Notes: generated from the letters alone by a model not told the origin. A DNA stretch of 42,254 bases from Alphaproteobacteria bacterium (GCA_017543835.1 JAFYFJ010000001.1:1-42254); one strand, 5' to 3'; shown: positions 23,470 through 33,261, counted from the stretch's first letter. Translations and numbers: made by a program.

Positions 23470-25311
23470 TTATCTGCGTTCAAAGAGTTTTTCGATGTCC
23501 GCCAGTTTGATTTTAACATAGGTCGGGCGACCGTGATTACATTGACCGGAGTGTTCGGTTTTTTCCATATCACGCAAAAGCCGGTTCATTTCTTCGATAT
23601 TGAGCGCCCTACCCGCACGCACCGAGCCGTGACAGGCGATGGTAGCGCAAATATGATGAATTTTATCGGTTAAGGCATACGCACTGCCCCACTCGGCAAT
23701 TTCCGCCGACAAATCTTTAATCAGCTTTTTGATGTCGGTATCGCCCAGAAGCGCCGGAATCTCACGCACCAACACCGCCGTTGCGCCGAATTCTTCCACC
23801 GCCAGACCAAGCTCGGCAAGTGTGTCGGCATATTCCAAAATATTTTCCTTTTCGAGCAACGACAGCTCGACAACTTCCGGAATCAGCAGCATTTGTGCCG
23901 GCACACGCTCGTGCTTTTGCATACTCTGCTTGAGGTGTTCCATCGTGATGCGTTCGTGCGCCGCGTGCTGGTCGATAATAACGATACTGTCCTCGGTTTG
24001 CGAAATAATGTATGTGTTGTGGAATTGCGCTTTAGCCAAACCGAGTTCGCCGACCTGTTCCACCGTTTGCGGCAACGGCGCGTCCGCCACCCGCACCGAA
24101 TATTGATTTTCCAACTCCGGAAGATTAATTTCCGGTGTTGAGCGGCGACCGCCAGTATGGTTGCCGAGCGGCATTTGCGGCCGTCTGAAATCACGACTCG
24201 GCTCATGCACGGCATGATACGGTCCCATCGAAACAGAGTGCAAGCGTTCGGTTTCGGCCAAAATCTGTTGCGTCAACAAATGTTCCAAACCACCGGTATC
24301 GGCACTATGCTGACCGCCCAAACTCAGCGCGTTGCGAATAGCTCCGACCAGCAAACCGCGCACCGCACCGCCGTCATAAAAACGCACTTCGGCTTTGGTC
24401 GGGTGAACATTTACATCGACATAGCGCGGATTAACATGAATAAAAATCGCACACAACGGATAGCGGCCGGACATCATCATATCCTGATACGCACCCTTAA
24501 TCGCGCCCAAAATAAGCTTATCACGCACCGGACGGTTGTTCACAAACAAAAACTCCGACAGCGAATTGGCTTTATGATAAGTCGGCAAACTGACCAAACC
24601 GCTGATGTCGCAAAATTCATTCTGCGCCGTAATCGGCACCGAATTTTCTTTAAACTCCGCGCCCATTACATCGGCAATACGTTGTCGCCGCGCCGCCGGA
24701 AGTTCACCGTCGCACGCATTGAGCGCCAACTTTTTCTTGCCGTCGGCATAAAGATAAAACGCAATATGCGGATTAGCCAGCGCAATACGTTGCAACATAT
24801 CGACGCATTGTGCCGTTTCCGCCGCGTCCGCCTTCAAAAACTTGAGCCGCGCCGGTGTGGTATAAAACAAATCACGCACTTCTATCCGCGTGCCGCTGCT
24901 GATGGCCGCCGGCTCAACCGCACCTTTTTCGCCGTTTTCGACGCTGATTTTATAGCCCTCGCCGCTGCCTTGTTTGCGTGAGGTTATCGTCAGCCGCGCC
25001 ACCGAGCCGATAGAAGGCAACGCCTCGCCGCGAAAGCCCAAAAAATTGATATGAAACAAATCATCATCCGGTAATTTTGAAGTCGCGTGCCGCTCAACCG
25101 CCAAATCCAACTCGTCGGGCGACATTCCGCAACCGTCATCAGCCACCGACAGCATATTTTTGCCGCCGCCGGTCAACGAAACTTCGATTTTGTGTGCACC
25201 GGCATCAATCGCATTTTCCACCAACTCTTTCAACACCGATGCCGGACGCTCGATAACTTCGCCGGCGGCGATTTGGTTCACAAGATTAGACGGTAAAACG
25301 CGAATGGCCAT
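23470..25311 (-). CDS. mutL: DNA mismatch repair protein MutL
   Basis: MAIRVLPSNLVNQIAAGEVIERPASVLKELVENAIDAGA and DDGCGM are GHKL ATPase motifs. The C-terminal dimerisation region carries QHAAHERI. Confidence 0.95.
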   Translation of the reverse strand: MAIRVLPSNLVNQIAAGEVIERPASVLKELVENAIDAGAHKIEVSLTGGGKNMLSVADDGCGMSPDELDLAVERHATSKLPDDDLFHINFLGFRGEALPSIGSVARLTITSRKQGSGEGYKISVENGEKGAVEPAAISSGTRIEVRDLFYTTPARLKFLKADAAETAQCVDMLQRIALANPHIAFYLYADGKKKLALNACDGELPAARRQRIADVMGAEFKENSVPITAQNEFCDISGLVSLPTYHKANSLSEFLFVNNRPVRDKLILGAIKGAYQDMMMSGRYPLCAIFIHVNPRYVDVNVHPTKAEVRFYDGGAVRGLLVGAIRNALSLGGQHSADTGGLEHLLTQQILAETERLHSVSMGPYHAVHEPSRDFRRPQMPLGNHTGGRRSTPEINLPELENQYSVRVADAPLPQTVEQVGELGLAKAQFHNTYIISQTEDSIVIIDQHAAHERITMEHLKQSMQKHERVPAQMLLIPEVVELSLLEKENILEYADTLAELGLAVEEFGATAVLVREIPALLGDTDIKKLIKDLSAEIAEWGSAYALTDKIHHICATIACHGSVRAGRALNIEEMNRLLRDMEKTEHSGQCNHGRPTYVKIKLADIEKLFERR

Positions 25312-25321
25312 ATTTTTTTCC

Positions 25322-26965
25322 TTATTTGCGGATTTTTTTGATATGCTTAATCAGCGCCGCCGTTGAGCTGTCGTGCGCAACATTGTGCGCCGTTCCCTGA
25401 AGTTCCGGCAAAATGTTAAGCGCCAGCTTTTTACCGAGTTCAACGCCGAATTGGTCAAACGAATCAATGTTCCAGATTACACCCTGAACAAACACTTTGT
25501 GCTCATACATTGCCACCAACATACCGAGCGTGAACGGGTCAATTTTTTTCAAAATAATCGTATTGGTCGGGCGATTACCGGTAAAGCTCTTATATTTTTT
25601 CAGCCGATTGATTTCCGCCTGCGATTTGCCTGCCGCTTCTAATTCGGCGGCGGCTTCCTCTTCGGTTTTGCCGCGCATCAACGCTTCGCCCTGCGCCAAA
25701 ATATTGGCAAGCAAAATCTGGTGATGCGCCCCGATTTCATTATGCGAAATCGCCGGCACGATTAAGTCGAGCGGCACAATTTCCGTCCCTTGATGTAAAA
25801 GCTGGAAAAACGAATGCTGAACATTGGTGCCCGCACCGCCGAACAACACCGGACCGGTCGCGCAGTCAACAAATTTGTTATCCAGCGTCACCGACTTACC
25901 GTTGCTCTCCATATCGAGCTGTTGCAAATACGCCGGCAGATATTGCAAATATTGGTCATACGGAATAACCCCGTAACGATGCACACCATAAAAATTGTTA
26001 TACCATACCCCGATAAGCGCCAGAATTACCGGAATATTATGCTCAAATGCGGTGTTTTTGAAGTGCTCATCCATCGCAAATGCGCCTTCAAGCATACGTT
26101 CAAAATTCTTAAAGCCGATAGCTATCGCAATAATCATACCGATGGCCGACCACATCGAATAGCGCCCGCCGACAAAGTCCCAAAACGCGAACATATTGTC
26201 GGGGTTAATGCCGAATTTTTCGACTTCTTCTTTGTTGGTCGAAAGCGCGATAAAATGCTTTGCCACCGCGTGTTCGCCCAAAGCATCTATCAGCCATTTG
26301 CGGCAAGTGCGTGCGTTGGTCAAAGTTTCAATGGTGGTAAAGGTTTTGGACGCCACGATAAACAAAGTTGTTTCCGGGTCGATTTTGTTCAGCACTTCGG
26401 CGCAAGCGGTGCCGTCAATGTTGGAAATAAAGTAGCAGTTGATGTCTTTGGCCCAATAGTGCCGCAACGCCTCACACGCCATAAACGGTCCCAAATCGGA
26501 GCCGCCGATACCGATATTGACAATGTTAGTCAGCTTTTTGCCGGTATAGCCGGTAAAACGTCCCAAACGCACGGCCTCGGAAAAATCCTTCATCTTTTCC
26601 AAAACGGCATTGATTTGCGGCATCACATCACGCCCGTCAACATAAATCGGGGTATTGGCACGATTACGCAAAGCAATATGCAACACCGCGCGATTCTCGG
26701 TTGCGTTGATTTTTTTGCCGCTGAACATATCGGCAATTTTTTCTTTAAGGCCGCGCTCTTCAGCCAGCGCAAACAACGCTTCCAACACATTGTCATCAAT
26801 ACGGTTTTTGGAATAATCGACAAGCATTGTTTCGAGCTGTTCTGAATAGAGCTCGCCGCGTTTTGCATCAGCCGCAAACAAATCTTTCATCTGCGTCTTT
26901 TTGAAATGCTTATAAATACTGTCCAATCTATCCCATGCTTTTGATTTATTTCTGTTGAACAACAT
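25322..26965 (-). CDS. pgi: Glucose-6-phosphate isomerase
   Basis: ENRAVLHIALR, IGIGGSDLGP, FIVASKTFTT, GGRYS.WSAIG and DQFGVELGK are PGI signature segments. Its start abuts the stop of the upstream M16 gene with a 0-nt gap. Confidence 0.95.
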   Translation of the reverse strand: MLFNRNKSKAWDRLDSIYKHFKKTQMKDLFAADAKRGELYSEQLETMLVDYSKNRIDDNVLEALFALAEERGLKEKIADMFSGKKINATENRAVLHIALRNRANTPIYVDGRDVMPQINAVLEKMKDFSEAVRLGRFTGYTGKKLTNIVNIGIGGSDLGPFMACEALRHYWAKDINCYFISNIDGTACAEVLNKIDPETTLFIVASKTFTTIETLTNARTCRKWLIDALGEHAVAKHFIALSTNKEEVEKFGINPDNMFAFWDFVGGRYSMWSAIGMIIAIAIGFKNFERMLEGAFAMDEHFKNTAFEHNIPVILALIGVWYNNFYGVHRYGVIPYDQYLQYLPAYLQQLDMESNGKSVTLDNKFVDCATGPVLFGGAGTNVQHSFFQLLHQGTEIVPLDLIVPAISHNEIGAHHQILLANILAQGEALMRGKTEEEAAAELEAAGKSQAEINRLKKYKSFTGNRPTNTIILKKIDPFTLGMLVAMYEHKVFVQGVIWNIDSFDQFGVELGKKLALNILPELQGTAHNVAHDSSTAALIKHIKKIRK

Positions 26966-28360
26966 TTAGTTTTCCTCCTTGTCTGAAGACAGATTACCGA
27001 TGGTCACAAAATCCGGCAATCCGCCAAAATACTCTTTTGCCGCCGCATTAACCTGCTCGAGCGTGACGGCACGCACATAGTCGTTGCGTTTTTCCAAAAA
27101 ATCGATACCCAGTTGATATTGCTGCATCGCCACCAACATTTCGGCAATACCGCCGATGGAAGCAAAGCGCAAATTATGCGCGGCAATCATCGAATCTTTT
27201 GCCTGTTGCAATTCTTGCGCCGTGACGCCGGCAGCACCCAATTTTTGCCACTCTTGCAACAAAATATCCTTGGCTTTGTTGAAGTTTTCGGGCGTCGAAG
27301 AATAACCTCCCGAAAGTAAAGCGGCCGTTTCTTTAGAAGTTAAATACGTGTAAATTCCGTAAGTTAACCCTTCCTTTTCACGCACAACTTTAGAAATTCG
27401 CGAATTCAAACCGGAACCGCCGAAGATATAATTGGCCAAATACAGCGGATAAAAATCGTCGCTGTTGCGATGCGTGCCTTTGGTCACAAAATGCGTAATT
27501 GCCTGCGGTGAATTATGTGCAATATCATGCTCGGCGCCGCTCGTTTCAGGCACAAATTCATCAATGCGCGCAACCGCAAAATCATCCGGCAAAGCCCCAA
27601 ACAAATCGCGTATCAACTGCTCGGCATCGGCGGCGTTAATATCGCCGGCAATACCGATAATGATATTTTGCTTGGTCAAGTGCTCGTGCATAAACCGCAT
27701 CAAATCGCCGCGCGTCAAACTTTCGATTGTTTCCGCCGTGCCGATGGCCGGACGCGCATAAGGGTGACCGGCAAATATAATCTCGGCATATTTATCCGCC
27801 AAAATACCGTTCGGCTTCTCTTTATGGTTGCGCAAAGCGGTTTGCATCTGATTTTTGGTCAGCGCGATGTAGTCATAAGTAAAATACGGCTTATACAATG
27901 TCGAAGTCAGCAATTTTATTGCCATATCTTTCGCCGCCGTCGGTGTTTCCATAAAGCCGCCGAAATCATCGACACCGTTTTCAAAACCGATACGCACACC
28001 GTATTCTTCGCTGATGTCTTTGAATTGTAAAGCGTCGTAATCGCCGGCGCCGTTCAGTAACATAGCGCTCAAAAGCGTGGTTAAGCCCTGCTTATCTTCC
28101 GCCTCATAGGCCGAACCGGCGTTGGCAAACATAAACGAAACGGCGATAATCGGGTTGGAATGTTCTTCCAAAAGATACGCCTTCATACCGTCCGCCTCGA
28201 TTTCCTGCACTTTAGAGGCAAAAGTTTTATCTTTCAAAACCGAATGCGCCAAAATCTTGTCGGCATCTATCCGGTCGGCGTGCCGATATACACCGAGCGC
28301 GGCCGCGACAAACACGCATACCGCAACCAGAAACAGCGCATATTTAACGCATTTATTCAT
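26966..28360 (-). CDS. M16-family peptidase-like protein lacking the HxxEH zinc motif (probable non-catalytic subunit)
   Basis: It has an M16 fold-type sequence (GLTTLLSAMLLNGAG replaces HxxEH) and an N-terminal signal/anchor MNKCVKYALFLVAVCVFVAAALG. It overlaps the upstream M16 gene by 8 nt. Confidence 0.85.
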   Translation of the reverse strand: MNKCVKYALFLVAVCVFVAAALGVYRHADRIDADKILAHSVLKDKTFASKVQEIEADGMKAYLLEEHSNPIIAVSFMFANAGSAYEAEDKQGLTTLLSAMLLNGAGDYDALQFKDISEEYGVRIGFENGVDDFGGFMETPTAAKDMAIKLLTSTLYKPYFTYDYIALTKNQMQTALRNHKEKPNGILADKYAEIIFAGHPYARPAIGTAETIESLTRGDLMRFMHEHLTKQNIIIGIAGDINAADAEQLIRDLFGALPDDFAVARIDEFVPETSGAEHDIAHNSPQAITHFVTKGTHRNSDDFYPLYLANYIFGGSGLNSRISKVVREKEGLTYGIYTYLTSKETAALLSGGYSSTPENFNKAKDILLQEWQKLGAAGVTAQELQQAKDSMIAAHNLRFASIGGIAEMLVAMQQYQLGIDFLEKRNDYVRAVTLEQVNAAAKEYFGGLPDFVTIGNLSSDKEEN

Positions 28361-29705
28361 CTGCGCCTCCCGTATGTTCTTGCGGCAACAAAACCGCCGT
28401 CATATCGGACGCTTTGAGCAAATCTTCATACGCTTGTTGCACGGCTTCCAATGTTACCGCATTGATTTTTTCTTCATAATTCTGCACATCGGCCAGCTCA
28501 AAACCCATCGAAAGCATATAACCGAGCCAATTTGCCGCCGTTTCCGGATTATCATTCAGATAGACCATATTGGCGGATATTTTGCGCTTAACTTGTGCCA
28601 AACGCTCGGTGGTCAGGGCTTTTTTGGCTTTAAGCAAAGCGTTGTTTAGGGTTTGCACCGCCGTTTCGGGCGCGAACGGCTTTTCCATATTCGGTGTCAT
28701 CGCCACACCAAACACCGTGTTGGAACGCGTCATATAGTTGTAAGATGCGCTGACGCTGACGGCCTGACGCGACTGCAAAACCAAATCGCGATAGAGTTGC
28801 GCTGTTTCGCCACCGCCCAACAATTCGGCCAAAATGTCATAAGCATAGATTTTTTCTTGCAATTCTTCGCGCGGCGGCAACATAAACGACCGCATTACGC
28901 GCGGTGTTGCAATGTTCGGCAAGCGCATTTGCAAAGTTTGATGCGTATCTTCGGTAATCGGCGCAATCTTTTCGCGCACCACCGGTCGCTTTTCGAGTTT
29001 ACCGTAATATTTTTCGACCAAAGGACGCACCGTTGCCGCGTCAATATCGCCGGAAAGCACCAAAATTGCATTGTTCGGCGCATAATATTTGTGATAAAAA
29101 TCGAGCGTATCGGCATATTTAAGCGCCGTAATTTCTTCCGGCAGACCGGTAATCGGCTGACCGTAAGGCGAAGTCCCCCACATCATCATCCGCATTTTTT
29201 CGGAAAACGGCGACGACGGATTATTTTCCACCACCTGCTTGCGCTCCTGAAACACGATTTTGCGCTCGGCTTCAAAATCTTCTTCGCTGATGTTCAGATT
29301 TTGCATTCTGTCGGCCTCGAGCGCCAACAAAACTTCAAGCCGGCTGACATCGGCAAATTGATGATACACCGTCACATCATAACTGGTAAAAGCATTTGAA
29401 TCCGCGCCGTTTTTTTCCATAATGCGATTAAAATCTTCGCCGCTGACTTTATCGGTGCCGCGAAACAAAAGATGCTCCAACAGGTGCGCACTGCCGCCGC
29501 GACCGCGAAATTCATCGACCGCACCAACCTGATACCACAGCATTTGCTTGACCAGCGGCGCTTTGTGATTTTCGACCGTCACAACGCGCAAACCGTTGTC
29601 GAGCGTCCATTCTTGCGCTTTAAAAATTGCTGTATGCGCTACTGTCGGCATAACAAGTAGCGCAAAAAGCAAAAACAATTTATTTATTTTAATTTGCAGA
29701 AACAT
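28353..29705 (-). CDS. M16-family zinc peptidase (pitrilysin-like, catalytic subunit)
   Basis: GSAHLLEHLLFRGT carries the inverted zinc motif HxxEH. The signal peptide MFLQIKINKLFLLFALLVMPTVAHT starts at the ATG at 29705. The alternative upstream start is 29738. Confidence 0.87.
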   Translation of the reverse strand: MFLQIKINKLFLLFALLVMPTVAHTAIFKAQEWTLDNGLRVVTVENHKAPLVKQMLWYQVGAVDEFRGRGGSAHLLEHLLFRGTDKVSGEDFNRIMEKNGADSNAFTSYDVTVYHQFADVSRLEVLLALEADRMQNLNISEEDFEAERKIVFQERKQVVENNPSSPFSEKMRMMMWGTSPYGQPITGLPEEITALKYADTLDFYHKYYAPNNAILVLSGDIDAATVRPLVEKYYGKLEKRPVVREKIAPITEDTHQTLQMRLPNIATPRVMRSFMLPPREELQEKIYAYDILAELLGGGETAQLYRDLVLQSRQAVSVSASYNYMTRSNTVFGVAMTPNMEKPFAPETAVQTLNNALLKAKKALTTERLAQVKRKISANMVYLNDNPETAANWLGYMLSMGFELADVQNYEEKINAVTLEAVQQAYEDLLKASDMTAVLLPQEHTGGADE

Positions 29706-29925
29706 CTTCTTGTGTATCCGCCTCATCTTCGTCTTCATCTTGCGACTTTATCAAAACTTTGTTCGGACGGGCATCATATTCCGGCGGCAAAATCAGCGGA
29801 CGATTCGTATGCACAAGTGTTTCATCCGGTCCGGTTTTGGCCATACCGAGTGTTTTCTTGGTCCATCCGCAAGCACTTGTTGCCAACAGCGCGGCCACCG
29901 CCAAAATCACATATATTTTTTTCAT
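29689..29925 (-). CDS. Small lipoprotein, DUF3035-like (78 aa)
   Basis: MKKIYVILAVAALLATSAC is a signal peptide plus Cys. GPDETLVHTNRPLILPPEYDARP matches my memory of the DUF3035 family common in Alphaproteobacteria. It has an ATGA overlap with the lspA stop. Confidence 0.7.
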   Translation of the reverse strand: MKKIYVILAVAALLATSACGWTKKTLGMAKTGPDETLVHTNRPLILPPEYDARPNKVLIKSQDEDEDEADTQEDVSAN

Positions 29926-30458
29926 TTTTCTTCCTTTCCTTTCTTTTGTCCGTATAACAATTCCAAAAAAATCAAAATGCCGGCACCGATACAAATAAAG
30001 CTGTCCGCCAAATTAAACGCCGGCCAATGATGCGATGCGATATGAAAATCCAAAAAATCAAGCACCGCGCCAAACCGCACGCGGTCAATCACATTTCCGA
30101 GCGCACCGCCGATAATCAGTCCCAAACTGACAATTTTTATTTTATCTTTTTCTTTTTTCATCCACCACAGCAAAAACGCGCAAACAACCAGCGACAAGAC
30201 ACACAGCGCAATTCGTCCGAGGTTTCCGTAATCGTTGAACATCGAAAAACTGACGCCGGTGTTCCATACTTTCACCCAATTAAAAAAATCGCCGAACGCG
30301 ATGATGTCGCCGTTGCTGAGTTGCGCCGCCAACCAATACTTACTCAGTTGGTCGGCAGACAATGCAAAAATTATGGCGGCAATACCCAAAATCAAAATAT
30401 TTCTCCTCCGAAATTCCACGCAAAATAATATAATACGCTTGTTCTTAATCCGCCACAT
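29922..30458 (-). CDS. lspA: Lipoprotein signal peptidase (signal peptidase II)
   Basis: DQLSKYW, VWNTGVSFSMF and GGALGNVIDR...DFLDFH...WPAFNLADS are LspA motifs. Confidence 0.9.
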   Translation of the reverse strand: MWRIKNKRIILFCVEFRRRNILILGIAAIIFALSADQLSKYWLAAQLSNGDIIAFGDFFNWVKVWNTGVSFSMFNDYGNLGRIALCVLSLVVCAFLLWWMKKEKDKIKIVSLGLIIGGALGNVIDRVRFGAVLDFLDFHIASHHWPAFNLADSFICIGAGILIFLELLYGQKKGKEEK

Positions 30459-30551
30459 TAAGATGAAAATAATCTACAAGTTTTTTTATAAAAAAGCGCT
30501 AGTAAAAAATAGTGTTGTTGTTTTTTTGCGTTGTGTAACACATTATTTCGC

Positions 30552-30647
30552 CGTCATACTGAGCGTCAGCGAAGTATCTAGTGATGCAAAGCATCACATC
30601 GTTTCCTGCGAAACGATTGGATTCTTCGGCTATGCCTCAGAATGACG
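30552..30647. other. 96-nt compound palindromic / Y-shaped structured element (strand undetermined)
   Basis: The outer stem pairs 30552-30563 with 30636-30647 (11/12 bp). A second stem pairs 30570-30578 with 30620-30628 (8/9 bp). These enclose two perfect hairpins: GTGATGC-AAA-GCATCAC (30581-30597) and ATCGTTTC-CTGC-GAAACGAT (30598-30617). Confidence 0.5.
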
Positions 30648-30696
30648 TTTAGTCGTTTTAGCAACACTTTTCTTTACTTAAGTCTTTATAAAAAAG

Positions 30697-30736
30697 CAAA
30701 AATCTCCCACCCTCGCGGATAGGAGATTTTTTTTTA
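30697..30736. terminator. Terminator downstream of 30746-31903
   Basis: AAAAATCTCC-N14-GGAGATTTTTTTTT has A- and T-runs on both sides. Confidence 0.6.
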
Positions 30737-30745
30737 ATTACGGAG

Positions 30746-31903
30746 TTAAGCTGCCTTGGTGGCGTTGCGACGCTCTTCCTCGACCTCGAGATAAGTGCTG
30801 TAACGCCAGTAGTCTGCCTTGAGCGCTGTCTGCAGGCGCGAGTCGATATTCTCGAACTCGTTTGCGATTATCTCTTTGAGGTAGTCGCGCTGGCCCTGAG
30901 CCAAACTCAGACACAAATGCTGAAGTGCATAATACTCGAGCTTGTGACCGGTCTCGGCAAAGATTTGATATTGCCTGTGTCCCATCTTCTTTTGAGCGGC
31001 GCGACAGATGTCTTTCTTGCTCTTGCAGAAGTTGGTCCAGCGTTCGCCGATGATGCGCTGCTTTTCCTCGTCACTCACGCCATTGATGCTCTGAGTTCCG
31101 AAGTCGACGGCATCGACATCGGCATACGAGTCGATAACCTCGTTGACTTTCTTGATGAAACCATCGTTCTGCGTGCAGAGCAGTTTACCGATAATCTCGG
31201 CGTTCGGCCGCTGCTGGCGAATGAGGTTGATGAGTGTCTCGGCCGGAGCCGCATAACCTTCACGCACATATTTGAGCAGAAGGTCATACATTTCCTTGCT
31301 CGGCGTGCGCTGCTTAAAGTAGCGCCACAGTTGCTTACCGCTGCCTTTCTGGCAAAGGTCGGCGACCTGACTGCGCGACAACTCTACACCGCAAGCGAGC
31401 CAATTCTCTCTTTCCGTTTCGTCGAACCAAAGTGTTGCGCGCACCTCCGGAGAAAATACGCCGCTGGACAGCAACGACTGTTTGCTCTCGTCATCGTGCG
31501 ACTTGTAGTAAGCAATTTGCTTTTTCGGTGAGTATTCACATACTCTCTTCTTTCCCCACCGGATGAACTCGGCGCGATAACGCATCGGAAGCAACGCGAT
31601 GAACGGGGTGTTCACCCAAAGACTTGAGTGACACAGTGCCCATGTGCACCTCTTAAGATAGCGCGCCACCCACCCCTTGACATAGTCATTAGACATATTC
31701 AAATGTCTGGCGCAGCTGTCAGGGTCTCGCAAAGTCCACACCGTCACCCACAGCGGGCTGATGATGATAAGAGCAATACACACCAACGACCAGATAAGGC
31801 AGATTGCCCCTGCGATAATCCACCGTATGGCGTTATCCCATACGAAACAAAACACACTTGCGCATACTGCGCTAACTCCATTGTTTTTGAAATTTTTTGC
31901 CAT
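30746..31903 (-). CDS. Membrane-anchored orphan protein (385 aa from MAKNFKNNG), paralog of 13350-14675
   Basis: It has the same architecture as the paralog (N-terminal double TM plus a helical domain) and a shared approximately 35-aa block near the C-terminus. The track ORF extends to a TTG at 31999. ATGs at 31909 and 31903 are more likely starts. Confidence 0.75.
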   Translation of the reverse strand: MAKNFKNNGVSAVCASVFCFVWDNAIRWIIAGAICLIWSLVCIALIIISPLWVTVWTLRDPDSCARHLNMSNDYVKGWVARYLKRCTWALCHSSLWVNTPFIALLPMRYRAEFIRWGKKRVCEYSPKKQIAYYKSHDDESKQSLLSSGVFSPEVRATLWFDETERENWLACGVELSRSQVADLCQKGSGKQLWRYFKQRTPSKEMYDLLLKYVREGYAAPAETLINLIRQQRPNAEIIGKLLCTQNDGFIKKVNEVIDSYADVDAVDFGTQSINGVSDEEKQRIIGERWTNFCKSKKDICRAAQKKMGHRQYQIFAETGHKLEYYALQHLCLSLAQGQRDYLKEIIANEFENIDSRLQTALKADYWRYSTYLEVEEERRNATKAA

Positions 31904-32119
31904 AATCATAAATTTCTTGGCACCCTTAGTTTCCAATCGGGATATGAATAAAATGTTAGTCGTTCCGTGGAAACAAAGCTTGACGCTCATCCGAAACAAC
32001 GCTCATCTTCAGAAATAAAGAATCTTTCACATTCATTCATAAATCGGAATCTGAATAAATTTCAAAAACGACCCAAAAATAAACATAAAAACATCTCTAA
32101 TCCTTAAATAAGCAAGATT

Positions 32120-32148
32120 AGTATATTGTTTTTAATTAATTTTGTCAA
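32120..32148 (-). promoter_or_regulatory. Near-consensus sigma70 promoter (TTGACA-N17-TATACT, minus strand), about 205 nt upstream of the paralog ATG
   Basis: The -35 box is at 32148-32143 and the -10 box at 32125-32120, directly downstream of the corA stop. Confidence 0.55.
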
Positions 32149-32174
32149 GATTTTTTTATAAAAAAGCGGAAATT

Positions 32175-33128
32175 TTAGAACAATCCCTTTTTGCGGAAGA
32201 AGAAGCCGACCACAATCGTAATCAGCGCCGAAAGTGCAATAACCGTCGGAAAGCCGTAAGCAAAATTGCCAAACGGCATCGGCACGTTCATACCCCAAAA
32301 ACTGCCCATCATCGTCGGCACGGAAAGCACAATCGTAATTGCCGCCAAAAACTTCATAATCTGGTTCAAATTATTGTTGATAATCGAGGCAAAACCATCC
32401 ATCATACCCTCAAGAATCGAGCGGTGCATATCCACCATTTCGATGGCCTGTTTGTTTTCGACGATGACATCTTCCAATAAATCGGTATCATCTTCGGTAA
32501 AAGCCAAAAGCCGTGCGCTTGCCGGCGACTTGGTCATACGCAGAATTTTTTCCAAAACAAGCTGATTATCGCGCAAAGCGGTCGTAAAATAAACGAGTGA
32601 TTTTTGGATTTCCATCAGCTGAAACAGCTCCTCGTTATGCGTCGTTTGTTTGAGCGAATCTTCGATATGCTCGGTTTTGCGGTTGATAATCGCCAAATAG
32701 CGCAAATAAAACTGCGTGATTTTGTAGAGAATCGAGAGCATAAACTTAGTGCGTTCGCGCGTATCAAACGATTTGGCGGTGTTTTTGTTAAACGAGCTTA
32801 AAATACGGTTGTCTTTGGAGCAAATCGTCAAAAAGTTTTCACCGCTGAACACCAAACCGCACGGCAACGTATCAAAATTGCCCTCCTCATCCAAAAGCGG
32901 TAAGTTCACAATGGTGGAGAAAATGCCTTCATCGAGCTCAACCCGCGAGCGTTCGTCCGCATCCAAAGAATTGCGCAAAATATCCGAATCGACTTTTAAT
33001 AAAGACGAAACTTTCGAGATTTCGGCACTTGTCGGATTGATTAAATTGAACCAGGATTGCGCTACTTTGCTGAATCTTTTGAGCTTAACCAGTTTGCCGC
33101 CGTCTTCCGTTTTATAAATGCGTAGCAT
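32175..33128 (-). CDS. corA: Magnesium/cobalt transporter CorA
   Basis: The C-terminal FWGMNVPMPF carries the GMN motif between two TM helices. The SD AAGGAGA lies 8 nt before the ATG at 33128. The track start at 33161 is a TTG. Confidence 0.9.
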   Translation of the reverse strand: MLRIYKTEDGGKLVKLKRFSKVAQSWFNLINPTSAEISKVSSLLKVDSDILRNSLDADERSRVELDEGIFSTIVNLPLLDEEGNFDTLPCGLVFSGENFLTICSKDNRILSSFNKNTAKSFDTRERTKFMLSILYKITQFYLRYLAIINRKTEHIEDSLKQTTHNEELFQLMEIQKSLVYFTTALRDNQLVLEKILRMTKSPASARLLAFTEDDTDLLEDVIVENKQAIEMVDMHRSILEGMMDGFASIINNNLNQIMKFLAAITIVLSVPTMMGSFWGMNVPMPFGNFAYGFPTVIALSALITIVVGFFFRKKGLF

Positions 33129-33175
33129 AATTAAGCTCTCCTTTGATGACAACATTTTCAAAGTCAGTTTTGAAT

Positions 33176-33261
33176 TGGTGCGGCCAAGAAGACTTGAACT
33201 TCCACGAGCTTAGCTCATAACGACCTCAACGTTACGCGTCTACCAATTCCGCCATGGCCGC
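33176..33261 (-). tRNA. tRNA-Leu (anticodon GAG), 86 nt, CCA encoded
   Basis: The reverse complement reads GCGGCCA-TG-GCG-GAATTGGTAGA-CGC-G-TAACG-TTGAGGT-CGTTA-TGAGCTAAGCTCGT-GGAAG-TTCAAGT-CTTCT-TGGCCGC-ACCA. It has a perfect 7-bp acceptor stem, the long variable arm typical of class II tRNAs, and U33-GAG-G37 in the anticodon loop. Confidence 0.95.

Noticed and set aside
25814-26845. 343-aa plus-strand ORF antisense to pgi, and similar long antisense ORFs in mutL (24157-24981), the U32 gene (11849-12706) and the M16 genes (28653-29399)
   Set aside because: The opposite strand carries unambiguous housekeeping proteins in each case. The antisense translations are Arg/His/Phe-rich with no motifs.
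26966-29705. The M16 peptidase pair as something unusual
   Set aside because: A catalytic HxxEH subunit followed by a non-catalytic paralog is the normal heterodimeric arrangement in many Proteobacteria. I treat it as ordinary backbone.
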